DNA of 64,000 nucleotides from Candidatus Latescibacterota bacterium (GTDB lineage Bacteria; Latescibacterota; UBA2968; SICM01): contig CBDCJO010000002.1 of NCBI GenBank assembly GCA_965217865.1, positions 5,248,001 to 5,312,000 on the forward strand, written 5' to 3'. How positions within the stretch are numbered: position 1 is the stretch's first letter; every line of letters begins with the position of its first letter. The translations under genes were made by a program, and so were the position numbers. The notes under the pieces were generated by a model. That model was not told the origin of the DNA. It saw nothing but the letters and a program-made list of their open reading frames with translations, and made no database searches. Positions 9,793 to 18,640 of the stretch are shown one piece after another.

Positions 9793-11055
9793 CTACTCTG
9801 CCGGACCTATCTTCTGAATCAACCGCCCAACGGTAAGGCCCTGGACGACGATGGAGAAGATCACGATGCTGTAAGTTGCGGCCATGACCGTACTACGTCC
9901 CGGAAATTCCGGAAGGGAAAGCGCCAGCGCAACGGAGATACCGCCCCGCAACCCCCCCCACGTCAAAATCCGCACAACCCCCGGTGAGAAGTCGTGTCGG
10001 AGCCTCAAAACCAGCACAGGAAACGAGACACAGAGAAAGCGGGCGATCAGCGAAAGCGGCACCATCAAAAGGGTCGCGATCCCGAATCCCTCGCCGAAGC
10101 TTACGGCAACCACTTCAAGGCCCAACAGTAGGAATAGAATGGCGTTCAGGGTGTAATCGGCCAGGGACCATACATCATCCAGGGCCTGGCGTGTGCGTTC
10201 GGACATCGCGAAACGCCGTCCATGGTTCCCGATGAACAATCCCGCAACCACACAGGCCAGAGGAGCAGAAGTGTGGACTTGAAAGGCTATAACAGTGATG
10301 CCCATCACCAGGGCAAGGCTCAGCAGGGTCTCGAGGTTGTGTTCGTCCAAACTTTTCATCGCCCAGTAAACGATATAGCCTCCAACGAAGCCCAGGGCTA
10401 CGCCGCCGAGCACTTCGCCAAGGAATAGTAAAGCAACAGGGAGAAGCCCCACCTGGATGCCGTGGGTTCCCTGATCAACCCCACCGGCTACCCCCAGCAG
10501 AATGGAAAAAACAACCACGCCGATCCCGTCGTTGAAGAGGCTCTCCCCGGCAACCTTTATCTCTAAGCTCTTGGGGGTTTTCAGGTTTTTCATGATTCCC
10601 AGTACGGCTATGGGATCCGTTGGAGAGATCAGTGCGCCGAACACGAGACAGTAAGCCAGGGGTACATGGATGCCTGAAAGCAGAAAGATCCAGTGACTTC
10701 CGAATCCTATGATTCCGGTCGAAATCAGGACGCCCACAGAGGCGAGGGTCAATATGGGGGTCTTTTTCTTCAGGAGATCTTCGAGGTTGACGTGGAGCGC
10801 CCCGGCAAACAGAAGGAGGCTCAGCATCCCGTGCATCAGCAGTTCGGTGAAATCGATTCCGAGGACGGCCTCTCGTACATTTTCCCCCAAACCCCAAGCC
10901 GGCACGAGCGCATCCACCCCGAGCACCACGCCGGAGGCCAGAAGGCCTGAGAGCAGAAGGGCCACCGTTGAGGGCAGACGCAGGAAACGATAGTTCAGAA
11001 AGCTAAACAGGGCAGCAAGGACAAGAAGAATTCCGGCTGCGTCAAAAACGTTCAT
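9793..11055 (-). CDS. Na+/H+ antiporter, CPA1/NhaP family
   Basis: ~12 TM; FGALISPTDPIAV, GESLFNDG, WGGLRGGISVALAL. Confidence 0.93.
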   Translation of the reverse strand: MNVFDAAGILLVLAALFSFLNYRFLRLPSTVALLLSGLLASGVVLGVDALVPAWGLGENVREAVLGIDFTELLMHGMLSLLLFAGALHVNLEDLLKKKTPILTLASVGVLISTGIIGFGSHWIFLLSGIHVPLAYCLVFGALISPTDPIAVLGIMKNLKTPKSLEIKVAGESLFNDGIGVVVFSILLGVAGGVDQGTHGIQVGLLPVALLFLGEVLGGVALGFVGGYIVYWAMKSLDEHNLETLLSLALVMGITVIAFQVHTSAPLACVVAGLFIGNHGRRFAMSERTRQALDDVWSLADYTLNAILFLLLGLEVVAVSFGEGFGIATLLMVPLSLIARFLCVSFPVLVLRLRHDFSPGVVRILTWGGLRGGISVALALSLPEFPGRSTVMAATYSIVIFSIVVQGLTVGRLIQKIGPAE

Positions 11056-11147
11056 AGGAATTGCTCTTGTGAAGGAAGGCGAAATGCGTCAAGCAGTGGA
11101 ACTTTGGGATTGAAAAACACTTCAGGATAGTCACGGCAAAACGCATG

Positions 11148-11179
11148 AAAAAGCCGCACCCTTTTTTTAGATGCGGCTT
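11148..11179 (-). terminator. Intrinsic terminator
   Basis: Minus strand AAGCCGCATC-loop-GGTGCGGCTT followed by a T-run. Confidence 0.6.
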
Positions 11180-11452
11180 ATCCATATCTGTGGCCTAATG
11201 TTCGGATGTCAACAGGTGCCTTCCGAAAGAGAAAACACGGCTTTCAATAACTGTTAACCTGGGATCGAGACGAGAATGTAATGGGTAATAATATTGAATG
11301 TCAAGGGGAATCATGACGGGGGAACCTACCCAACACGTATGAAACCAAATTCCAAAGGGGGGGTTGAAGCGGGGACTTGCCGGGGGAAACTCGACCTGGC
11401 CAAGCGAAAAATGGGTCACCAGAACGGGTCAGACATCGGATGCTCACAACCG

Positions 11453-11803
11453 CTAGACCCACTTTTCTACGGTTTCAAGAATATCGGAAACTTTAAATGG
11501 CTTCTCTATAAATTCCCTAACGCCCAAAGAGCGTAAAAAATTTCTTTTATCTTCATCTATTAATGCAGCTATGATAATTATCGGGACTTGAAACCCCCTT
11601 TCCCTGAGTGTCTGGACAGCCTCTTCTCCAGGTGTGAGCATTTTCAGGTTCGAGATAACCAAGTCCACGGAATCAAAGGGCACCTGTTCGAATGCCAGCG
11701 AGGGATCGGGAAAATCAAGTACTTTGTGGAATTTCATCTGCAATATTCGGACGACAAAGCTTCGAACATCGTCATCATCGTCCAACACGACAATCGTTGC
11801 CAT
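11453..11803 (-). CDS. Pseudo-receiver (CheY-like) lacking the phospho-acceptor Asp
   Basis: IVVLDDD and FIEKPF are intact, but beta3 reads DLVISNLKML (D-to-N, P-to-L) and beta4 reads IIIAA (no Thr/Ser). Confidence 0.85.
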   Translation of the reverse strand: MATIVVLDDDDDVRSFVVRILQMKFHKVLDFPDPSLAFEQVPFDSVDLVISNLKMLTPGEEAVQTLRERGFQVPIIIIAALIDEDKRNFLRSLGVREFIEKPFKVSDILETVEKWV

Positions 11804-11851
11804 TATCTTTCCGCCTCAAATGGCCAGTATTGATCAGCCATTCCATAAAAT

Positions 11852-12118
11852 CTATTTCTTTTTCTTCTCAACGACTCCCTGCAGTTCGCTTGTTTCTTCG
11901 TCTATCCGGTTTAATTCTTTTTTCGCCTCACCCAATTCAGCTTTTACCTGAACTTCCTGTTGCTTGTCGGTTTCTATGGCTTCCTCAATTTCTTTAATCT
12001 GGGTTTCTATCGTATAGATTTTATGAGTTATATTCCCTTTTGTCCTCTGAAAATCCCCGAATATGGGGATAAGGAAAAAACCTGTGGCCAAAATGGCTAC
12101 GATCGGAACCCAATCCAT
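11852..12118 (-). CDS. Small bitopic membrane protein with coiled-coil tail
   Basis: N-terminal TM (VPIVAILATGFFLIPIF) followed by E/K/Q heptads. Confidence 0.8.
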   Translation of the reverse strand: MDWVPIVAILATGFFLIPIFGDFQRTKGNITHKIYTIETQIKEIEEAIETDKQQEVQVKAELGEAKKELNRIDEETSELQGVVEKKKK

Positions 12119-12138
12119 TTTATTCTCAAAGGAAAAAA

Positions 12139-12453
12139 TTAGGATCGTGAAAGCTTTTCTTTGGATTCCTGCATTTTAAACGCTTCTTCCTGCTCTATTG
12201 CCGTAAGCTCCCGTTTCAATTTATCCAGCACTTTTTCGTGTCCCGCGGTTGTCCGATGGGTTTCAACCAGGCTTCTTTGCGTGACCTCGAGGCTGCTCCT
12301 GGAAACTTTTGCTTCAACCTTTGCTGCGGATAGATGTTTCTCTTCCTCATTAAGCATACGGTTCAGCTTTGAGACTTCCTTTACCGTATAAAACTTGGAT
12401 ACCAGAACGACTACGGTAACTATAATCCAGATTATCCAGAATAGCATAATCAA
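12139..12453 (-). CDS. Small bitopic membrane protein with coiled-coil tail
   Basis: N-terminal TM (LFWIIWIIVTVVVLV) followed by ~80 aa of coiled coil. Confidence 0.8.
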   Translation of the reverse strand: MIMLFWIIWIIVTVVVLVSKFYTVKEVSKLNRMLNEEEKHLSAAKVEAKVSRSSLEVTQRSLVETHRTTAGHEKVLDKLKRELTAIEQEEAFKMQESKEKLSRS

Positions 12454-12537
12454 ACCAGATTGTGAAACGTGAAACCCAAGCGCCGACGCGTGAAAAGTTG
12501 GTTAAGGTCTCACGTTTTACGTGAGACGGATTTTTAC

Positions 12538-12569
12538 AAAAAAACCGCACCGATTATCCAGGATGCGGT
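12538..12569 (-). terminator. Intrinsic terminator-like hairpin upstream of the coiled-coil operon
   Basis: Minus strand ACCGCATC-loop-GGTGCGGT followed by a T-run. Confidence 0.55.
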
Positions 12570-12674
12570 CCTTTGAAGTCCTCCGATAAGGATTCCTCTA
12601 TATTTATTCGATAATAGGTCCCTTTCCCGGCAAAAATCCAGTATTAATTAAAGATATTCGTATTTCCCCGCCTG

Positions 12675-12713
12675 CACAATCGTTAAGTTATACGCTTATC
12701 AGCACTTTAGACG
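12675..12713. promoter_or_regulatory. 39-bp non-coding motif, copy B (contains IHF-like TATCAG-N4-TTA)
   Basis: 33/39 identical to 6008-6046. Confidence 0.6.
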
Positions 12714-12755
12714 ATAACACACACAAATTCTTCACAAATTCCTATTATACCCGGT

Positions 12756-13181
12756 TCAAATGGTTTCAGTTTTAGAAGGATGTATAATTTTCGCCTGTAA
12801 CCCAGAAGGAGTACATCCCCCCGTATCGCATTCCGCCCGTCCAAACAGGTGGCGGTTTCTGGCGATCAGGTAGTAGCAGGCACGGAAAAAGCCTCCCAGA
12901 ACCGGAAGCCTGTATAGCCACGTCACCATGTGGAACGGCGGCATCCGCCGGTAAATTTCATAAACCGCATCTGCCCCCACGTGGATATCTTCAGCTCCCA
13001 CGATCAACCGCAAACCTGTATTGAAATCCGACTCAATGAGCTGGGGGAATCGTTTTTCCACGCCCTTGGATTGGCGGGGTAGATACTCGAACTGGTCGCT
13101 ACGATCCAGCTTTCGGATCCGCCGAACACTCCACTGGCAGAAACGACACTCCCCATCGTATACGATTACCAGTTCCTCCAT
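12756..13181 (-). CDS. DCC-family thiol-disulfide oxidoreductase (DUF393)
   Basis: YDGECRFC and YYLIARNRHLFG. Confidence 0.9.
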   Translation of the reverse strand: MEELVIVYDGECRFCQWSVRRIRKLDRSDQFEYLPRQSKGVEKRFPQLIESDFNTGLRLIVGAEDIHVGADAVYEIYRRMPPFHMVTWLYRLPVLGGFFRACYYLIARNRHLFGRAECDTGGCTPSGLQAKIIHPSKTETI

Positions 13182-13226
13182 ACAGAATCCTCTCTTCGGT
13201 TGATCACATCTTTTTCAAGAAGGAAT

Positions 13227-13472
13227 TTACGGGTCTATTCCCATGGGAAGGGTGCCAAAGTGCAACACACAGCCGCAGTTTTTGCACAGAACCTGGACCA
13301 TCGGAATAATCTGACCCCCCGCTTGAAGCCTTCCCCCGGGACTCAAATTCGCAGAAGCAACGAATTCATCACCGATATCCAACGGTTTTGAACCGCATGC
13401 AGGACAAGGCCCTACACCTTTGGCGATCAGCCAGAGTGCAACCTTCTCCTTTTGTTCGGAACTAAGGGACAT
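13227..13472 (-). CDS. Small zinc-ribbon protein
   Basis: CPACG and CKNCG; RBS CAGGAGG. Confidence 0.8.
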   Translation of the reverse strand: MSLSSEQKEKVALWLIAKGVGPCPACGSKPLDIGDEFVASANLSPGGRLQAGGQIIPMVQVLCKNCGCVLHFGTLPMGIDP

Positions 13473-13620
13473 TAGATCAGACCTCCTGATTGAATCGCAA
13501 GGATATAGGACGCACCTCCATTAGGGGATCGAGCTTTATTTTTATATCGCGTCCTGGGTTCCCGCCCCGGGCTTAAGATCTGCGGATTTGAAACCCCGAT
13601 AGCCTTTGTGTTACCGATAA

Positions 13621-14352
13621 TCAGTCCTGGTAATGAGCCAGAACCGTGTCCAGGACGGCAAGGTGAGCAGCCGCCCTCCGGTCCATAGCCCAGCTGGTCG
13701 GGGTCTCAGGCATAAGGACGTGGGGAGCGTGGAACTTGAGGATATAGGGGGCAAAACCCTGAGTGCCCCACGCGGTAGCGACCCGGTAAAGCCCGTGTGA
13801 AATGGGCAGGTCGTCCGGATCGGAATCCGGGTCGATGGGTCCTATGGATTTCACAGCCCGGATGATTTCCTCACCCATCACATGTTCATCCCGCCGACCT
13901 TCGTATAAATAAAAGCCCCCGGCCTCCCAATCCTCGTGAAAGTCGACGAAAAAGTCGAATTGGCGGCGCCGTATCACCTGTTTTACGATCTGGACCTCGG
14001 GGGTATCCTCCTTTTCGAATGAGCGATTTATGTCGATTCCAAGACGGTTTTCCCGGGAATTGTCCACATAACCTGTGGGATTGACACAGGGGATCGCAAA
14101 AAACCGGAAATGCTGTAACAAGTCGGTGTTGTCTCGCTCCAGAAAGCCAATCACGGCCTCGATTCCCGCGGGTTCGTCTCCGTGTACCCCAGCGGTAAGA
14201 AGGATGCTGCGGACTGAACTTGCGTTCGATTGAAGACGGATCACGTGAACGGGGTAGCCTTCGACGGATCCGGCTTTTTCAACGTAACGTGATTCTGAAG
14301 ATGACAAAGTGTCCAGACGGCGGGACAAATCCTCGTAATCGCGGGTTTCCAT
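13621..14352 (-). CDS. M14 metallocarboxypeptidase / succinylglutamate desuccinylase-aspartoacylase family
   Basis: AGVHGDEPAG, NPTG, DINRSF, DFHED. Confidence 0.9.
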   Translation of the reverse strand: METRDYEDLSRRLDTLSSSESRYVEKAGSVEGYPVHVIRLQSNASSVRSILLTAGVHGDEPAGIEAVIGFLERDNTDLLQHFRFFAIPCVNPTGYVDNSRENRLGIDINRSFEKEDTPEVQIVKQVIRRRQFDFFVDFHEDWEAGGFYLYEGRRDEHVMGEEIIRAVKSIGPIDPDSDPDDLPISHGLYRVATAWGTQGFAPYILKFHAPHVLMPETPTSWAMDRRAAAHLAVLDTVLAHYQD

Positions 14353-14426
14353 GCATTGGTCTTTATAGAAAACCCGCCGAATGGAACGATCCAGCGGGAA
14401 TATCTGAAACGGCTTTAGGGGTTCGA

Positions 14427-15476
14427 TTAATATGTGGTGTGCGGATTCATGATATTCGGATCGTTGTCCAGAGCGAACTTTTGCGCTGAAGTGGGTTGAG
14501 GTTCTTGAGCCGGTCCGCCCTCAATTTCAAAACCGGCATCCATTATCATTTGAATGGTTTTGTCCGCTTTGTGGCCCCGCGTGACCAGATAACCCTCAAC
14601 GAATAAAGAGTTCGCCGGATACAGAGCCAAAACCTGCAGATTCCGTAAATGGCCCTCCCGCCCTCCTCCGATCCGTATCTCAGAGCTGGGGTTTACAAAT
14701 CGAAACATACAGAGGATTCTCAAGCACCGAAGAGGCGTCAACTGGTTGAAGTCGTAGACTGGATTTCCGGGAATGGGGATTAAAAAATTAACGGGAATAG
14801 AGGGTACGTTTATGGATCGTAGTTTATATGCGACATCCAATATGTCTTGATCGGATTCTCCCATTCCGACGATGATTCCGCTGCATAATTCCAGATCGGC
14901 CTCCTTTGCCGCCATGAGCGTTTCGAAACGATCTTTAAATTCGTGGGTTGTCACGATGTTCGGCGTATGCCTTTCGCTTGTATTAAGATTATGATTCAAC
15001 CGATCCAAACCGGCTTCTTTTAATATTTCGGCCTGTCGTTTATTTATCAGCCCGACCGACAGGCAAGTCTTGATGCCGACTTCTTCGTTTATCCTCGTTA
15101 TCGTTCCAGCAAGCTGAAGAACTCTCGAATCTGTCGGGCCGCGGCCGCTGGCCACCATGCAATAGCGAAAAACGCCCCGGCGCTTGGCCTCATGAGCATC
15201 ACGGACAATGTCATCTTCATTTTTAAAAGAATATTTTTTTATCGGAGCTTTTGAGACCTTTGATTGACCGCAGTAGCCGCAGTCTTCCGGGCACAGGCCG
15301 TTCTGAATATTGTTTATCTGATGGATCTTCACCTTCCTCCCGAAAAAGGTCTCGCGAACCTTTCCCGCAGCGGAAACCAGCTGCAGGATATCCATGGTCT
15401 CATCCTCTAAGATGTTTCGGGCATATATTCGAGGAAAAGGACCCCCGCTCAGAGATCGTTCAATCCAGTTTTCCAT
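14427..15476 (-). CDS. bioB: Biotin synthase (radical SAM)
   Basis: CPEDCGYCGQS, LNHNLNTS, CSGIIVGMGE, SIPVNFLIPIPG, IRIGGGRE. Confidence 0.96.
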   Translation of the reverse strand: MENWIERSLSGGPFPRIYARNILEDETMDILQLVSAAGKVRETFFGRKVKIHQINNIQNGLCPEDCGYCGQSKVSKAPIKKYSFKNEDDIVRDAHEAKRRGVFRYCMVASGRGPTDSRVLQLAGTITRINEEVGIKTCLSVGLINKRQAEILKEAGLDRLNHNLNTSERHTPNIVTTHEFKDRFETLMAAKEADLELCSGIIVGMGESDQDILDVAYKLRSINVPSIPVNFLIPIPGNPVYDFNQLTPLRCLRILCMFRFVNPSSEIRIGGGREGHLRNLQVLALYPANSLFVEGYLVTRGHKADKTIQMIMDAGFEIEGGPAQEPQPTSAQKFALDNDPNIMNPHTTY

Positions 15477-15504
15477 GATTCCAGTGATGAGTTATGAATG
15501 GTCA

Positions 15505-16041
15505 TCATGATCCGTTGTCGTCCGGCTCATCCGGCCTCCTGGGTTCGCCTACAAGCTCCTCCACCTTATCCATCATTCGTTCGATCGTATCACCGAACCG
15601 GTCGAGCATGTAATTCGCCTTTCGCAGTCGCTCGGACAGCATGCCGATCACGTTCTGCTGCACTTTGAGGAAGATGTCCTTGTGTTCCAATAGCGTTTTA
15701 TTCAGGCTTTTTTTTTGGAAGATTACCCCGGACACGGACCCTTTTGCCACGATGTCGGCAGAACGGGGCTGCCCGGTAAAAAGACCCATCTCCCCGATGG
15801 TCATCCCTTCGGAGATATCAGCCAGCTCCGTACCTTCCGGAGAGAGGACCGAAAGTTTTCCTTTCACCAGAATGAACATATCGGTTGCGGGATCTCCGGT
15901 CTTATAGATAAACTGTCCGGAATCGTGTTCCCGGATCTCGCAAATCTGCAAAAGAAACTGAATCTCACTTGTGTTCAGGCCCTGAAAGATCGAGAGTTTC
16001 CTGGCAAAGGGGATAAATTTCCTGACTTGATCCTGATTCAC
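15505..16041 (-). CDS. Cyclic-nucleotide-binding domain protein (no HTH)
   Basis: IGEMGLFTGQPRSADIVA phosphate-binding cassette; coiled C-terminus. Confidence 0.88.
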   Translation of the reverse strand: MNQDQVRKFIPFARKLSIFQGLNTSEIQFLLQICEIREHDSGQFIYKTGDPATDMFILVKGKLSVLSPEGTELADISEGMTIGEMGLFTGQPRSADIVAKGSVSGVIFQKKSLNKTLLEHKDIFLKVQQNVIGMLSERLRKANYMLDRFGDTIERMMDKVEELVGEPRRPDEPDDNGS

Positions 16042-16147
16042 CTATGATCCCCACATCGTTCGCGAAGTTCGAAAATGATCAAATTACCCCCTAATAACTC
16101 CATTGAATATTGAATATCGTAAAATTGAATATTCGACTTGACCTTAG

Positions 16148-17673
16148 CAGCCCGTTGAAGAACTACCTTTCAACGCACATAAACGGAAAAGACGCCTGGA
16201 GTGCGGGTCAGATAAATCAAGGTAAGGAGATTGAGCAGGAGACGCTGATAAGAGGTTAAAAAGGTGACCGAGGGCAGCAAACGTGATTGTAGGACGAGCA
16301 GTAGACGCTGCAAGGCCTTGGCCAGGTCCTGGAGGGCCTTCGGAGTACCTACGCCCATCACTTTGCGCATGAGCAGAGCCAGGTTGCAGCCCCCGATGTG
16401 GATCAGCAAACGCTTGAGGATATTGCCGCGGTCTCTCAAGTGCAACCTGCGCATGCCACCGGTATCATATGTGTGAGCGATGGTTCTTTCCACCCGTTCT
16501 GCACGACTTCGGCGCAAGGCCTTGCCGCGATCTCCCTTGATCCGGCGTCGATTCGCATATACCGCGGCCTGCTCATCTCGTCGGCCGTTCCACTTGCGGC
16601 GTCCCCGATCCGGTTCTGAAATGTAACTCCGGATGCCGCCTTGCTTCAGACTGGTCAATACATCGTTGCTATGATATCCTTTGTCCGCAACCACCTCCCG
16701 TATACGCTGTCTGTGCAAACGTTTGGCAGCTTTTTCGTCCTTCGCGACCTGCTTGAGATTGAGCGGCGCCTCGAGCAGCGTCCAGGGCAACGACTCGGTA
16801 TCTCCTTCATCTGCTCCCGACAACGCCACTGCCACAATGGCATTGGTGTCCAGATCCACCGCGTGCTCCACCTTGTGCGCCATGTGCGTGCGACCGTCCT
16901 TCATCTTAGCGATCTTGGCATCCGGGTCGTGCGGGTGCTCCCAGTCCTGGTTCGATCCCTTCTTCGGTCGCTTCTTATCGATCTTGGACAAGTCCTCGCG
17001 GGTAGGCGTTTCAATGCCCGAGGCCTTGGCCAGATTCTCAAGGAATGCCTGGTAGCCTTCACCCGTGTCACGGCGTACAATGCTGCGCATCGCGGCGTTG
17101 GCCTCCAGTGTCGTAGCATCCACGCCCAACGTCTTCCCCTTCACCAGACCCGCTTTGCACAAGACCCTCAGGATCCACTTGAAAACCGCTTCGTGAACTT
17201 CCAAGGGAAGCCGATGCCGGATGCGAGACAGGCTGGAATGATCCGGGGTCTGTTCGTCAAGGGCATACCCCAAAAACCGGCGCAACGTCAGCGAGTCAGA
17301 TACACGCCATTCGATCCCACGTTCCGAATCAAGTCCCTCGAAATACCCAATCAAAAGCATCCGAAAATAAACCCCGGGCGGAATGCCCTTGCGACCCATA
17401 TGAGGAGCGTAATACCGCTGGCAAAGCCCCTCGACGAACTCGTCGAAGCCGTTCGCCCCCAATACCTGATTCAGCTTCTCGTAGAACGGATGACCCGGAG
17501 ATTTCACCAAAGTGTTCGATGCGATGAACAGGTTTTCCTGTCTCTGTCGTCCTCGTTTTCCCATTGCCATTTGCTCGTCCTCCCTTCTCAGTTTGAACCT
17601 GATATATCATAGGACCAAACCACAAGGAAAGACAACAGTCATCTTGGCATAAACGCACTTTTTCAACAGGCTG
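16148..17673 (-). mobile_element. IS1182-type (IS5-like DDE) insertion sequence
   Basis: Terminal IRs CAGCCCGTTGAAGAA / CAGCCTGTTGAAAAA, flanked by TTAG and CTAG. Confidence 0.88.
16170..17570 (-). CDS. IS1182-family transposase
   Basis: GRKGIPP, SERGIE, TPDHSSLSR, GVDAT, VVADKGY, RAERVER. Confidence 0.92.
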   Translation of the reverse strand: MAMGKRGRQRQENLFIASNTLVKSPGHPFYEKLNQVLGANGFDEFVEGLCQRYYAPHMGRKGIPPGVYFRMLLIGYFEGLDSERGIEWRVSDSLTLRRFLGYALDEQTPDHSSLSRIRHRLPLEVHEAVFKWILRVLCKAGLVKGKTLGVDATTLEANAAMRSIVRRDTGEGYQAFLENLAKASGIETPTREDLSKIDKKRPKKGSNQDWEHPHDPDAKIAKMKDGRTHMAHKVEHAVDLDTNAIVAVALSGADEGDTESLPWTLLEAPLNLKQVAKDEKAAKRLHRQRIREVVADKGYHSNDVLTSLKQGGIRSYISEPDRGRRKWNGRRDEQAAVYANRRRIKGDRGKALRRSRAERVERTIAHTYDTGGMRRLHLRDRGNILKRLLIHIGGCNLALLMRKVMGVGTPKALQDLAKALQRLLLVLQSRLLPSVTFLTSYQRLLLNLLTLIYLTRTPGVFSVYVR

Positions 17674-17677
17674 CTAG

Positions 17678-17869
17678 TGTCGTGTCCCAGTAATTCCTTA
17701 CAAAAGAAAGTCTCCAAAAACGTAGCGGTGGCTGTCATTTTGATCGAGAGCCAGCGAGCGAAGATCGCACCAACTGTCTGATAGTTCGGGACATAGAGAT
17801 CCTTCGCTCCGCTCAGGACGAACAGACCGCTATCCGAGAAATTATTGAAGGAATTTCCGGGACACGACA
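17678..17869. mobile_element. 192-bp MITE with 22-bp IRs and CTAG target duplication, carrying a REP doublet
   Basis: CTAG-TGTCGTGTCCCAGTAATTCCTT ... AAGGAATTTCCGGGACACGACA-CTAG. Confidence 0.85.
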
Positions 17870-17978
17870 CTAGGGGTCCTCCAATATTTTATTCAATCTT
17901 CAATATTCAATTTCTCTAACCCTGGCCTCCGACACTCGACCTTTGACCATCGTCTATCGTCTACGGTCCATTACCGGC

Positions 17979-18464
17979 TTATGGGGCTAATTCCTTGGCC
18001 TCATACGGAACCTGCATCAGCTCCACGATGTTCCCATCCGGATCTTCCAGGTATGCGACGTGCACGATTGCCCATTCCTTGTCGAAACTTACGGGATCTG
18101 ATGTGAACTTGACACCATTGGCTTTTAAGTCCCGATAGGCCTCGGCCAGATTGGGCACGCCGAAGCAGACATGAGAATGTCCGATATCGCCCAATTTAGC
18201 CTTTGAGATCTTCCCCTTGGGCGCGAGGTATTGTTGTAAGTCAAGGAGAATTCCCGGTGTTTCAAGGGCTTGCAATCGCACCACCTGGATGATGGTTCCA
18301 TCAACCCCGGTCATTTTCGAGATGGCCTCGCCTTCCAGGAGATGACGTTCAACCTCCTGCAAACCCAACAGGTCTCGATAGAATATGATCGAGCGTTCAA
18401 TATCACTCACGGTTACGGAGGTATGATCCAGGACGTTAACGGGATTCAGCATTAGTAAAAACAA
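17979..18464 (-). CDS. VOC/glyoxalase family protein
   Basis: HTSVTVSDIERSIIFYRDLLG, HVCFGV, YLEDPDGNIVELMQ. Confidence 0.9.
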   Translation of the reverse strand: MFLLMLNPVNVLDHTSVTVSDIERSIIFYRDLLGLQEVERHLLEGEAISKMTGVDGTIIQVVRLQALETPGILLDLQQYLAPKGKISKAKLGDIGHSHVCFGVPNLAEAYRDLKANGVKFTSDPVSFDKEWAIVHVAYLEDPDGNIVELMQVPYEAKELAP

Positions 18465-18640
18465 CTCAGCTTGAAATGGATTCTTATGACGAAGTCAAAA
18501 AAATCGATTTTATTTTCTTCAAATTTCCGGATTCAAAAAGAACGGGTTACAGAAAACAACTGCAGCCCGAGATTGGTTTGAAGGGATAAAGAAATTGGCG
18601 CGGCGGTCCGAGGTATCCTGTTGCGGAGCGAATGGTGCCA

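Noticed and set aside
11060-11450. Possible c-di-GMP riboswitch or small ORF upstream of the antiporter
   Set aside because: GGCAAA is present, but the GNRA/P2 architecture is not. Only a terminator is supportable.
16641-17612. 323-aa plus-strand ORF inside IS1182, and similar antisense ORFs at 30829-31815, 33640-34725 and 57773-61282
   Set aside because: They are antisense to well-supported genes, as expected in GC-rich coding DNA.
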